Source: Candidatus Dormibacteria bacterium (GTDB lineage: Bacteria > Chloroflexota > Dormibacteria > Aeolococcales > Bog-877). Taken from it: a stretch of DNA of 64,000 bases. The notes under the pieces were generated by a model. That model saw only the letters and a list, made by a program, of their open reading frames with translations, had not been told where the DNA came from and searched no databases. Of the stretch, positions 1 through 8,692 are shown one piece after another. A program made the translations under genes and the position numbers. The DNA lies in NCBI GenBank assembly GCA_049518775.1, contig JBEKRL010000003.1, positions 737 to 64,736 of the forward strand, given 5' to 3'. Position 1 is the first letter of the stretch. The number at the start of each line of letters is the position of its first letter.

Positions 1-10
1 CGTCATATGG

Positions 11-586
11 ATGCATGAGCACGGGAGCAGGCTGGTGAATTTCGCGGCCCCCAGGATCAGGGATGGTGCCCTGGCGGCCATCGCGATGGCGGTCGCGGTG
101 ACGGTGGCCGGGTGTGCCCCCTCTCGAAGCTCCACCGCTCCCGCCGCGCCGGCGTCGTCGCTGCCAATCTCTCTGACCAGTTCGTCGCTCTGCCAGATGG
201 TGCCGAAGCTTGACCGGCTCGTCGTGCGCCGGGTCGACGAGCTTGCCCAGAATCACTTCACCTTCAGCTTCCCGGCGGAGGTCACGGTCACTGCCACCCG
301 CCGTGTGCAGGTGGCGGCGCGGGCGTTGTGCGCGCTTCCCAAGATGCCGACCGGGGTCATCTGCCCGGCAGATTTCGGGATCGTCTACCACCTGAGCTTC
401 TTCGCGGGGAGGCGGTCCTTCCCCGATGTGACGGTGCGTCCGGCCGGTTGCCAGCAGGTCGGCGGCCTGGGAGTGACCAGGTGGGTCGCTCGCTCGCCCC
501 AGTTCTGGCGTGCTATCGGGCTGGCCATTGGGCTGGCCCATCCGAGCAGCCAGACGTTCCGAGGAAGTGGTCCCCTGGGTTCCTGA
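11..586 (+). CDS. hypothetical lipoprotein
   Basis: 191-aa ORF. The N-terminus has a basic region, a hydrophobic stretch and a lipobox-like VAGC (AIAMAVAVTVAGCAPS). No family recognised and the start is not verified. Confidence 0.5.
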   Translation: MHEHGSRLVNFAAPRIRDGALAAIAMAVAVTVAGCAPSRSSTAPAAPASSLPISLTSSSLCQMVPKLDRLVVRRVDELAQNHFTFSFPAEVTVTATRRVQVAARALCALPKMPTGVICPADFGIVYHLSFFAGRRSFPDVTVRPAGCQQVGGLGVTRWVARSPQFWRAIGLAIGLAHPSSQTFRGSGPLGS

Positions 587-880
587 TCGGCTCCCTCGTC
601 GCTGGAGCCCTCGGGACTTCCCGGTCCCCGATTCCGGGCCCGATGGCGACTGGGATGGTCGCGGCGCGACGAGGAACCGACCGCGCCCCCGCGGGTACGG
701 GAGCGCGCGCAGGCGGCTCGCCGAACCCGGTGAGGGCCGGGGGCTGACCCCAGTCCCGAGCTACGATGCGCGGAGGAGCGCAGCCGAGGCACGGGGATTG
801 GCGCACGTGGCCCTGGTCGCTGACTGGAAAACCGTCGGGGAGATCGGCTTCGGAGGTCTCTCCCGAGTAGGAGGACTGTG

Positions 881-1453
881 ATGGGCGATCCGTACACTCC
901 GACTCCAACGCAGCCTTCTACGACTGAGGGCCAGGGGCTGCCGCCAGCGGTTGGGCTTCGCGCCAAGGATCTGCTCCGGATCGTCTTCGGGCTGATCTTT
1001 GCCATCGATGCCTGGCTGAAGTGGCAGCCAGCGTTCCGCTCCGAGTACATCGGGATCCTCAAGACAGCAGCCCAGGGTCAGCCCGCTTGGCTGCACGGCT
1101 GGTTCCACTTCTGGATCACCCTGGTCCAGCCCCGGGCAGACCTCTTTGCCTACGCCACGGCGGTCATCGAGACCCTGATTGCGGCGGCCTTGATCCTCGG
1201 CTTGGCGCGCAAGTTCGCCTACGTCAGCGCGGCCCTGTTCATGTTGCTCGTGTGGGCGACGGCCGAGGGCTTTGGCGGCCCCTACACCGCCGGTGCAACC
1301 GACATCGGCACGGCAGTGATCTACGCGGTCGTGTTGCTGGCTCTGCTTGCGCTCGACCACGAGTCCGCCCCGAGCCGCTTCAGCCTGGATCGCCTGGTCG
1401 AGCGGCGCCTGTCCTGGTGGCATCACGTCGCCGAGGCCCGATGGCGGCACTAG
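881..1453 (+). CDS. DoxX-like integral membrane protein
   Basis: Four hydrophobic segments (LLRIVFGLIFAIDAWLKW, VIETLIAAALILGLA, AALFMLLVWATAEGF, AVIYAVVLLALLAL). GGAGGA lies 5 nt upstream of ATG 881; the track ORF starts 3 nt earlier at a GTG. Confidence 0.6.
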   Translation: MGDPYTPTPTQPSTTEGQGLPPAVGLRAKDLLRIVFGLIFAIDAWLKWQPAFRSEYIGILKTAAQGQPAWLHGWFHFWITLVQPRADLFAYATAVIETLIAAALILGLARKFAYVSAALFMLLVWATAEGFGGPYTAGATDIGTAVIYAVVLLALLALDHESAPSRFSLDRLVERRLSWWHHVAEARWRH

Positions 1454-1795
1454 ACCGTCGGTAGCGCCGCTGCGAGCGGACGGTAGCCCTGAGGCGAGAG
1501 CTGCTGTCGGCGGACCCGGATAGCGGACGCTGATGGGGGAGGAGGTCCCGGCGCCGAGCGCTGGCGCCCGGCCAGCGTCGCGGTCTCCCGGGGACAGCCT
1601 GAACAGCCTGATTGTTCGGAGCAGTTCCGCCATATCCAGCCAGCGGCAGGTTGCCTACGCGGACCCTTGCAGCCCCAACTCGTTTTCGGGCCTTCCTGGC
1701 TTCGCTGCGAGAAGGGTTGACACGGCAATGCCTCGGGCCGCTCCGGGGGGATCAGAATGGGGGCAGGTTCACGGTCCACAGAACGGAGGCACACC

Positions 1796-1999
1796 ATGTC
1801 ACCCAGACGCGAGATCTACGTCCGTGAGGAAGACACGCCATTGTGGGACAGAGCCGAGCAGCTGGGCAGCGGGGAGAGCCTGGCCGGCTTCCTGGCCGGG
1901 GCCCTTCGCAGCTACATTGAGGAGGAGGAGAGCAACCCCGAGGTGCCCACCCCTCCAGGCGTGGGCGAACCTAACATCTTCCCCGAAAAGTCCCACTGA
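1796..1999 (+). CDS. small hypothetical protein (67 aa)
   Basis: ATG preceded by GGAGG (acGGAGGcacaccATG). Third-codon-position G+C is about 80 percent by manual count. No family recognised. Confidence 0.45.
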   Translation: MSPRREIYVREEDTPLWDRAEQLGSGESLAGFLAGALRSYIEEEESNPEVPTPPGVGEPNIFPEKSH

Positions 2000-2459
2000 G
2001 CGGTGTCGGGCCAGGCGGGGGTCACGGTCAGCTCCATCCGGCCGCCAAGCCCGTCGCTAGGAGGCGGCTGAGCCAGCGGGAGCTGTTCGCCAGCCCGGGT
2101 GCGGGCGATGGCATGCCATCGCCCGCTCTCAACCCAGGGCCTTCGGAGAGCTCGTGCCAGCCTGGAGGCGCGAAGTAGGACGGCGGCTGCTCGCCACCAT
2201 CTCGGCGAGGAGAAGGTGCGGCTCCCAGTGCCCCGCCAAAGGGCTGCCCCGCTTGTCGTCGGCGCCCGGGAGGGGCGACCGAACGCAAGCGACCACCACA
2301 GGCCACCGATCACGGTTGGCGGTGCCCGAGGCGTTGGTCACCTCGTGGGCGTCCGTGGGGACGCCCCTCATCCCGTTGGGGCCTCGCCACGGCCCCGGAG
2401 CGCCCTGGCGCTCACATGCGAGCGGATCCCGGTGCTGCGCCTGCAGTTCAGGTCGGAAG

Positions 2460-2536
2460 TGGTCGGGGAGACAGGACTCGAACCTGCGACCCCCAGTCCC
2501 CCAGACTGGTGCGCTAACCATCTGCGCTACTCCCCG
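2460..2536 (-). tRNA. tRNA-Pro (anticodon GGG)
   Basis: Manual cloverleaf: acceptor CGGGGAG/CTCCCCG, D arm GCGC-AGATGGTTA-GCGC, anticodon arm CCAGT-CTGGGGG-ACTGG, T arm GCAGG-TTCGAGT-CCTGT, discriminator A, CCA encoded. Confidence 0.9.
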
Positions 2537-2546
2537 AGGCTGGCGC

Positions 2547-2557
2547 TGAGCATAGCA
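2547..2557 (-). promoter_or_regulatory. extended -10 promoter element TGcTATGCT for tRNA-Pro
   Basis: On the gene strand this reads TGCTATGCTCA, and the hexamer ends 12 nt before the mature tRNA 5' end. The same 11-mer recurs upstream of rpsO (44504-44514). Confidence 0.45.
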
Positions 2558-2561
2558 GGGG

Positions 2562-2567
2562 TAGAAT
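2562..2567 (+). promoter_or_regulatory. -10 element TAGAAT upstream of the small zinc-ribbon ORF / pyrF
   Basis: TAGAAT lies 12 nt upstream of ATG 2580, in a locally AT-richer divergent spacer shared with tRNA-Pro. Confidence 0.4.
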
Positions 2568-2579
2568 TCCGAACTGACC

Positions 2580-2774
2580 ATGCCCTGGGTGCGCCGTTGC
2601 GGAAACTGTGATCGCGAGTTCCCCATTTACCGCCTCGCGGCAGTTCTCCTCGACGGTGAACTCACCTCGATGTGTCCACGATGCATGCAGTCCGAGCATG
2701 ACCGGATCTCGATCCCGTACGCACCCCAGGCGCCGGGACCGGCCCAGACCAGCACCTCTCGAACCTCCTGGTGA
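2580..2774 (+). CDS. small zinc-ribbon-like protein (64 aa)
   Basis: Two CxxC pairs (CGNC, CPRC). The stop overlaps the pyrF GTG start (GTGA). Codon bias is only moderate. Confidence 0.45.
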   Translation: MPWVRRCGNCDREFPIYRLAAVLLDGELTSMCPRCMQSEHDRISIPYAPQAPGPAQTSTSRTSW

Positions 2775-3616
2775 CCAGGGCCCCCTTCCAGGCCAGGCTG
2801 GAGGCGGCACTCCGCGATGGCCGGGCGCCATTGTGCGTTGGTCTGGACCCGGATCCTAGCCGGTTGCCCGCCGAACTCGGCCAGGGCATCGCAGCCGTCC
2901 GGCGTCACACGCTCGGCCTGGTGGAGGCCACCGCCCCCTATGCCGCGGCCTTCAAGCCCAACCTGGCCTTCTTCGAGCGAATGGGACCGGAGGGTGTCGC
3001 GCTTCTGGTCGAGGTGGTCCGTGTTGCCCGTCACCACGCCCTGGTGATCGCAGACGCCAAGCGAGGGGACATAGGCAACACGGCGGTCGCCTACGCGGAG
3101 GCCATTTACGACGTCATCGGGGCCGATGCCTGCACCGTCAACGGCTACCTGGGCCACGACTCCTTGCTCCCGTTCATTCAGCGCCCCGACCGCTTCGCCT
3201 TCCTCCTCTGCCGGACCAGCAACCCGGGGGCTCAGGACTTTCAGGACCTCATCCTGGCCGACACCGGCGAGCCCCTCTACCTGACAGTTGCTCGCCGTGC
3301 TGTTGAGTGGAACGAGCTCGGGACGGTCGGGCTCGTGGTGGGAGCGACCTGGCCGGAGGAGATGGCCCGGATCCGAGAGGTGGCCCCGGATCTACCCCTG
3401 CTAGTTCCTGGAGTCGGCAGCCAGGGGGGAGACCTGGGTGCCGCGGTCAGGGCTGCGCGAGGACGGGACGGGACGGGCTCTTACCTGGTGAACGTGTCTC
3501 GTGCCATCAGTCAGGCCTCGACCGGGGCTGACTTTGCCGCCGCCGCGGCGGCGGCAGCGGCGCGCCTGCAGCAGGAGCTGCTCGCGGCCGCTGTCCACGC
3601 CGTCCTCCACGGGTAG
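2771..3616 (+). CDS. pyrF: orotidine 5'-phosphate decarboxylase (type 2)
   Basis: LCVGLDPDP near the N-terminus, DAKRGDIGNT lysine motif, length 281 aa. Confidence 0.9.
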   Translation: MTRAPFQARLEAALRDGRAPLCVGLDPDPSRLPAELGQGIAAVRRHTLGLVEATAPYAAAFKPNLAFFERMGPEGVALLVEVVRVARHHALVIADAKRGDIGNTAVAYAEAIYDVIGADACTVNGYLGHDSLLPFIQRPDRFAFLLCRTSNPGAQDFQDLILADTGEPLYLTVARRAVEWNELGTVGLVVGATWPEEMARIREVAPDLPLLVPGVGSQGGDLGAAVRAARGRDGTGSYLVNVSRAISQASTGADFAAAAAAAAARLQQELLAAAVHAVLHG

Positions 3617-3635
3617 CTGTCCCGCCCCAGAGGTG

Positions 3636-3641
3636 TAGCCT
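3636..3641 (+). promoter_or_regulatory. -10-like TAGCCT, 6 nt before ATG 3648 (leaderless candidate)
   Basis: A TANNNT hexamer is followed by gagccg and then the ATG. There is no Shine-Dalgarno at normal spacing. Confidence 0.35.
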
Positions 3642-3647
3642 GAGCCG

Positions 3648-4376
3648 ATGGGGAAGGCCGTCCCTCTTCTCAGCCTGGCTCTTCCCGTGGTGGCAGGGCT
3701 GCTGCTCGCCACTGCCGGGTGCTCCAGCAGCTCGGGCCCGAGCCCTTCCCCCCGCCAGCATTCCCCCAGGCCCACAGCCAGCGTCACCCCGGCCGCGACC
3801 CAGCTGACGGTGATCGCCCCCCTGGGGGTATACCTCCGCAGCGGTCCTGCCGCCACGGCCTCCGTCCTGGGAGCCCTGGCCCAGGGTGTCACCCTTCCCA
3901 TCCTCTCCCATACGATCGCCGCTGGCGGATGGTGGCAGGTCCAGGGCGCTACCGAGAGCGGTTGGGTGACCGCGGATCCCCAGTACACCTCGACGGCGGG
4001 TTTCGAGACCTACCAGGCCGGTGGGAGCGTGCCTTGGTCGGTGATGTATGAGGACTCCTGGACCTTCGCCCAGCTGAGCAGTGGGGAGCTCAGGTTCACC
4101 AGTTCCGGACGCCAGAACGTCACCTTCTACACCGCCAGCTCGGTCTCGCAACTGCCGGCCGCCGCGCCCGCCGGAGACGATCAGAAGTCGGTCTCGAGCG
4201 TGGAGGTGTATGGGGTCACAGCTGCCCTGGTAACCTACGTGAGCCCATCCGCGTACCAGGCGTCAGTCGAGCTCCAGGCCCAACCCTCGCTGGCATTCCT
4301 GATCACGGCCCAGCTCTCCAGCCGCTCCGGGGCCGCCACCCTGAACCTGTTCCTGGAGACCGTCTTCTTCAGCTAG
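3648..4376 (+). CDS. lipoprotein with bacterial SH3-like domain
   Basis: Signal peptide with lipobox LATAGC. SH3b-like segment GVYLRSGPAATASVLGALAQGVTLPILSHTIAAGGWWQVQGATESGWV. Confidence 0.65.
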   Translation: MGKAVPLLSLALPVVAGLLLATAGCSSSSGPSPSPRQHSPRPTASVTPAATQLTVIAPLGVYLRSGPAATASVLGALAQGVTLPILSHTIAAGGWWQVQGATESGWVTADPQYTSTAGFETYQAGGSVPWSVMYEDSWTFAQLSSGELRFTSSGRQNVTFYTASSVSQLPAAAPAGDDQKSVSSVEVYGVTAALVTYVSPSAYQASVELQAQPSLAFLITAQLSSRSGAATLNLFLETVFFS

Positions 4377-5310
4377 GCGGGGTCCTTGGCCTGCTCCGCC
4401 CTCGGGGCCGCTCCAGCCGAGCGGCGAACTCTTCATAGGCGGCAACCCGGGCGGCGTCCACCACTTTCGTGTATCCCTGCATGGTGTTGAGGTTGGCATG
4501 GCCCAGCACCTCCTGGACCAGGCGGACGTTGCCGGTGATGGTGAGCAGCTCCGTCGCGGTCGTGTGGCGGAGCACATGCGGAGACGTGAGGCCCTCGACC
4601 CCGGTGTCTCGGCGCAGCCGACGCAGGATGTGGCGGGCACCCGAGCTGGTGAGGCGACGCCTGCCCCGAGCGGAGGAGGAGCGGTCGTAATTGAGGAACA
4701 GCGCCGGGTCACGGTCGTGCCGGGAAGACAGGTAGGCTCGGATCGTCTGGGTCGCGTCCGGGGTGAGCTGCACCATGCGCTCCTTGGAGCCCTTGCCGCG
4801 CACCACCAAGCGGCCCTCAGGGTTGATCTGGCTCCGGTCGACTGAGAGCGCCTCCGAGATCCGGCAGCCGGTGCTGAGCAGGAAGTGGACCAGCGCGGCA
4901 TCGCGCAGCTCGGGCTCAGCACCGCCATGCTCGAAGGCGAGGACCCGGCGAGCCTCGGACGTGCTCAGGGGCTTGGGCAGCGGCGCCGCTACCCGAGGGA
5001 TGTCGATATGGGCTGCGAGATCCTCTTCGATCCACCCCTCGCGCGCGGCATGACGCAGGAAGCCTCTCAGCGCCTGCAGCCGGCGGGCCCTCGAGCTCAA
5101 GGCCAGGCCGGTCTGGCCCAGGTGGCGCTGATAGGCCCGCACCGCGTCCCGTCGCAGCTGGCTGGTGTCGGAGAGAGGCTGCCTCAGCTGACCCCAGAAA
5201 GCCATGGCCCGCTCCAGGTCGGTGCGGTAGGCGCGGAGGGTCTGCGGGCTTCGAGCCCGATCAACTGACAGGTAGGTCAGGTACTCGTCGGCGGCCGCCC
5301 GAATCTCCAC
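4369..5310 (-). CDS. tyrosine recombinase, XerC/XerD family
   Basis: N-terminal SAM-like core-binding pattern (YLTYLSVDRARSPQTLRAYRTDL). Catalytic-domain motifs HVLRHTTATELL and LGHANLNTMQGYTKV. Confidence 0.85.
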   Translation of the reverse strand: MEIRAAADEYLTYLSVDRARSPQTLRAYRTDLERAMAFWGQLRQPLSDTSQLRRDAVRAYQRHLGQTGLALSSRARRLQALRGFLRHAAREGWIEEDLAAHIDIPRVAAPLPKPLSTSEARRVLAFEHGGAEPELRDAALVHFLLSTGCRISEALSVDRSQINPEGRLVVRGKGSKERMVQLTPDATQTIRAYLSSRHDRDPALFLNYDRSSSARGRRRLTSSGARHILRRLRRDTGVEGLTSPHVLRHTTATELLTITGNVRLVQEVLGHANLNTMQGYTKVVDAARVAAYEEFAARLERPRGRSRPRTPPS

Positions 5311-6229
5311 GGGCCCAGCCTACCGACGAGGCAGGGGAGGGGGGGAAAGCGGGGTTCCATCCCGAGCTTGGGCGAGGGCCCGGCCCATTTCCGCAGCTGC
5401 GGGGGTGAGGCGGGGTGGGCGTCGGCTTCGGCGTCGGAGTCGGAGTCGGCGTTGGAGTCGGCGTCGGCGTCGGGACGGGGATGGGTGAGCTCGTCGCGGG
5501 ACTCGGGGTGGGGGAGGCCGGCTCAGAGGGACTCGTGGGCATGGCCCGCTGGGCCACCTCGGTCACCGGCTGGCGCGTCCCGGAGGGGACGGGGATCAGG
5601 GCAGGAGTCGCAGCGGGGCTGGGGAGCATGGCCGGCGAGATGACGTAGGGGACCACGCCGGGGAGCGTGACCGTCAGGGCCGACCTCACGGATCCGGTCG
5701 CCGGGCCGGTCCCTGCCAGGCTCGACGTCATCGCGAACGCCACCAGCCCGACCGCCAGGGCCGCAGTCACCGACCCCACCGTGGCCGCCGAAACCCGCCC
5801 CCATCCTCGAGGCAGGAGCCGGCGGGCCCATGATGTGAACCACCAACCGGCCCCCACTAGGACGGCGGGCGCGATGACGGAGGAGCTGTCGGGGCCAGTT
5901 CCACCGTCCGACCAAAGTCCACCGGCGAGCAAGGCCGCGGTCTGGGCCAGTCGAATGCCCAGCCACTGCTGGAGCTCCTCCGCGGAGCGAACCGCCAGAG
6001 CGGAAGGCGCCGACAGGTCCACCAGGACCTGCTGGGCGACCAAGGCCGCCATCTGAGGATCGCCCACCAAGTGCTCGGCCCTCGCCTCCAGCCAGGGCCG
6101 AAGCCTCTGTAGAGCCTGGGGATCACCCCCGGCGCGGTTGGCGACGAGCGCCTCCCAAGCGACCTCAGGAGCAGGGTGACCACCCCCCGGCGGCAACGCC
6201 GGCATGCCGCCCCCGACCTCCCTTCCCAT
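5261..6229 (-). CDS. hypothetical membrane protein with Pro/Thr-rich tail
   Basis: 322-aa ORF with two hydrophobic segments followed by a long P/T/S-rich region. The last 50 nt overlap the xer start, so the true C-terminus is uncertain. Confidence 0.5.
   Translation of the reverse strand: MGREVGGGMPALPPGGGHPAPEVAWEALVANRAGGDPQALQRLRPWLEARAEHLVGDPQMAALVAQQVLVDLSAPSALAVRSAEELQQWLGIRLAQTAALLAGGLWSDGGTGPDSSSVIAPAVLVGAGWWFTSWARRLLPRGWGRVSAATVGSVTAALAVGLVAFAMTSSLAGTGPATGSVRSALTVTLPGVVPYVISPAMLPSPAATPALIPVPSGTRQPVTEVAQRAMPTSPSEPASPTPSPATSSPIPVPTPTPTPTPTPTPTPKPTPTPPHPRSCGNGPGPRPSSGWNPAFPPSPASSVGWARGDSGGRRRVPDLPVS
5421..5474 (-). repeat. hexanucleotide tandem repeat (GTCGGN x 9 on the + strand) encoding (PT)n
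   Basis: gtcggc ttcggc gtcgga gtcgga gtcggc gttgga gtcggc gtcggc gtcggg, which translates on the minus strand as PTPTPTPTPTPTPTPKPTPTP. Confidence 0.9.
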
Positions 6230-6297
6230 CAGGTCTACTATCCGCCCTGGCCCATCCCAACGCCACTTTCCGGCGTCACAACTTAGTCAGTGGGCCG

Positions 6298-7431
6298 TCA
6301 GTCCGTGAGCGCCTCCACCACCCAGTCGATCGACCGTGTCAACTGGGCCACGTCCTCAGGATCGACCGCCGGGAACAGCCCCAGCCGCAGCTGATTCCGC
6401 CCCAACCGGCGGTACCCGTCGATGTCGACCACCCCGTTCGCCCGAAGGATCGAGGAGACCTGCTTCGCCGGCACCCTGTCCACCAGATCGATCGTGGCGA
6501 CCACCGAGCTTCGCTGGGCACGGTCGGTGACGAACGGAGAGGCCCAGCTGCGCGACTCCGCCCAGTCGTAGACGAGCTCGGCGGAACTGCGAGAGCGGTT
6601 CACCGCCCAGTCCAGGCCCCCGTGCTCCAGAATCCACTCCACCTGTTGGACGAGCAGGAACACGGTCGCGATCGCGGGGGTGTTGTAGGTCTGGTCCTGA
6701 CGAGAGTTCTCCAATGCCAGCTTGAGGCTAAGAGACGCCGGTACCCACCTGTCCGTGGCCGCCAACCGCTCGGAGCGCTCCACCGCCGCCGGCGAGAGCA
6801 CGGCCACCCAGAGCCCGCCCTCGGAGGCGAAGCACTTTTGAGGTGAGAAGTAGTAGGCATCCACCTGGGCCATCTCGACGGGAAGCCCACCAGCGGCCGA
6901 TGTGGCGTCGACTAAGACCAGCTGGCCGTCTCCGCCGATCCGCCGCAGTGGCATGGCGACGCCGGTTGACGTCTCATTGTGGGTGAGGCAGTAGGCGTCC
7001 ACTTCGGAGCTGGGGCGCGGCCAGGGATGCGTGCCCGGCGGGGACTCGATCACCTCCGGATCGGAGAGGAAGGGGGCCTGGGTCGTGGCCTCGGCGAACT
7101 TCGAAGAGAATTCCCCGAAGACCAGATGCTGACTGCGCCGCTCGATCAGGGAGAGTGAGGCGACATCCCAGAAGGCGGTGGCACCACCGTTGCCCAGAGC
7201 GACCTCGTAGCCGTCGGGAAGCCCGAATAGCTCCCTGAGGCCATCCCTCACCCGCTGGACCAGCTGCTTGACCGGGGCTTGGCGATGACTTGTGCCCAGC
7301 AGAGTTGGAGCCGCGACCATCAGGGCCTGAAGCGCGGGAGCCGGTATCTTAGAGGGGCCACAGCCGAAGCGCCCGTCCGCGGGCAGGAGATGCGGTGGTA
7401 CGCGCAAGCCCGAACCACCACCAGTTGGCAT
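6298..7431 (-). CDS. serC: phosphoserine aminotransferase (actinobacterial-type SerC)
   Basis: DGRFGCGPSKI N-terminal motif, GNGGATAFWD, and overall similarity to the 376-aa mycobacterial type. Start set at the internal ATG (MPTGGG...); the 433-aa track ORF extends over the neighbouring gene. Confidence 0.85.
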   Translation of the reverse strand: MPTGGGSGLRVPPHLLPADGRFGCGPSKIPAPALQALMVAAPTLLGTSHRQAPVKQLVQRVRDGLRELFGLPDGYEVALGNGGATAFWDVASLSLIERRSQHLVFGEFSSKFAEATTQAPFLSDPEVIESPPGTHPWPRPSSEVDAYCLTHNETSTGVAMPLRRIGGDGQLVLVDATSAAGGLPVEMAQVDAYYFSPQKCFASEGGLWVAVLSPAAVERSERLAATDRWVPASLSLKLALENSRQDQTYNTPAIATVFLLVQQVEWILEHGGLDWAVNRSRSSAELVYDWAESRSWASPFVTDRAQRSSVVATIDLVDRVPAKQVSSILRANGVVDIDGYRRLGRNQLRLGLFPAVDPEDVAQLTRSIDWVVEALTD

Positions 7432-7438
7432 GAGGAGA

Positions 7439-7444
7439 AGTGTA
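7439..7444 (-). promoter_or_regulatory. -10-like TACACT, 7 nt before the serC ATG (leaderless candidate)
   Basis: The gene strand reads TACACT-tctcctc-ATG, with no SD. Confidence 0.3.
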
Positions 7445-8656
7445 TTGCCTGGGACGAGGGACGCCTCCACGGGGATCTCCAAGCGGGTCGGGGCCGTGCG
7501 TGAATCGGCCATCCTAGCCATCGAGCGCCAGGTCCGCGAGCTGACCAGCGCCGGCCATTCGGTCATCTCCTTCGCGGCCGGGGAGCCTGACTTCGCCACT
7601 CCCGCTGAGGTGGTGGAGGCGGCAATCCACGCCTGCAGTGACTTCCGGATGCAGCATTACACCCCGGCGGCCGGGCTGCCGGAGCTGCGCGAGGCGATCG
7701 CGGCCAAGACCCGTCGTGACACCGCCACCGACGTGACCTCCGACAACGTCCTGGTCACCAGCGGGACCAAGCAGGCCGTGGGTCGGGCCTTCACCACCCT
7801 CTTGGACCCGGGGGACGAGGTGTTGGTCCCGAGTCCCTACTGGGTGACCTTTCCCGAGGCGATCGCGTTCGCAGGTGGGGTCGCGGTCCTCGTGCCGGCG
7901 GACGAGGCCCGGGGATTTCGGGTCTCCCTGGACCATCTGGAGCGTGCCCTCAGCCCCAGGACCAAGGCGTTGCTACTGGTATCCCCGGGGAATCCGACCG
8001 GGGCCGTCTACTCCGAGGATCACTTACGCGAGATTGGGAACTGGGCCCTAGAGCGGGGTCTCTGGGTGGTCAGTGACGAGATCTACGAGCAGTTCGTGTA
8101 TGGCGACGCGGCGTTCCACTCGATCGCGGCGGTGGTCCCGGAGCTGGCTGAGCGGACCCTCCGGCTCAATGGGGTGGCCAAGTCCTACGCGATGACGGGG
8201 TGGCGGGTTGGCTGGCTCATCGCGCCGAAGGCTCAGATTGCTGCGGCCTCGAACCTGCAGTCCCATGACTGCGGCAACATCAGCAACGTCTCGCAGTGGG
8301 CAGCGCTAGCGGCTCTAGGCTCCGGTCTGGGATCGGTGCACCGGATGCGGGACGCCTTCGCGCGGCGCCGCGAGGCGATCCTGGCCGGCCTGGAGCGTCT
8401 GCCTGGGTTTGAGTGCCTGCCCCCTGACGGGGCCTTCTACGTCTTCCCCTCTGTCAGCGGCGTCATGGGAAGGACGCTGGCCGGGCAGCGGGTGGAGAGC
8501 TCGGAGCATCTCTCCCGGCTCCTGCTCGACGAGGTTCGGGTGGCCGTGGTTCCAGGAGAGGCCTTTGGAGCCCCGGGCTATCTCCGCTTCTCCTACGCGC
8601 TCGCGGACCAGGATCTGGAGGAGGGATTGGCTCGGCTCCAGGCCTTCCTGACCTAG
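7445..8656 (+). CDS. aspartate/aromatic aminotransferase (PLP, class I)
   Basis: AAGEPDFATP, SKSYAMTGWRVGW (PLP lysine), NPTGAVY. TTG 7445 has GAGGAG 7 nt upstream. The alternative ATG 7430 would overlap the serC ATG as CATG. Confidence 0.85.
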   Translation: MPGTRDASTGISKRVGAVRESAILAIERQVRELTSAGHSVISFAAGEPDFATPAEVVEAAIHACSDFRMQHYTPAAGLPELREAIAAKTRRDTATDVTSDNVLVTSGTKQAVGRAFTTLLDPGDEVLVPSPYWVTFPEAIAFAGGVAVLVPADEARGFRVSLDHLERALSPRTKALLLVSPGNPTGAVYSEDHLREIGNWALERGLWVVSDEIYEQFVYGDAAFHSIAAVVPELAERTLRLNGVAKSYAMTGWRVGWLIAPKAQIAAASNLQSHDCGNISNVSQWAALAALGSGLGSVHRMRDAFARRREAILAGLERLPGFECLPPDGAFYVFPSVSGVMGRTLAGQRVESSEHLSRLLLDEVRVAVVPGEAFGAPGYLRFSYALADQDLEEGLARLQAFLT

Positions 8657-8692
8657 GCACGGCCCGCCGGCTGGAGCTGATCCCTGGCCGCC

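Noticed and set aside
2460-5310. Tyrosine recombinase 1.8 kb from tRNA-Pro as a possible integrated element
   Set aside because: The recombinase has the XerC/XerD housekeeping pattern. The intervening genes are pyrF and a lipoprotein. No direct repeat of the tRNA 3' end, no phage genes and no compositional shift were seen.
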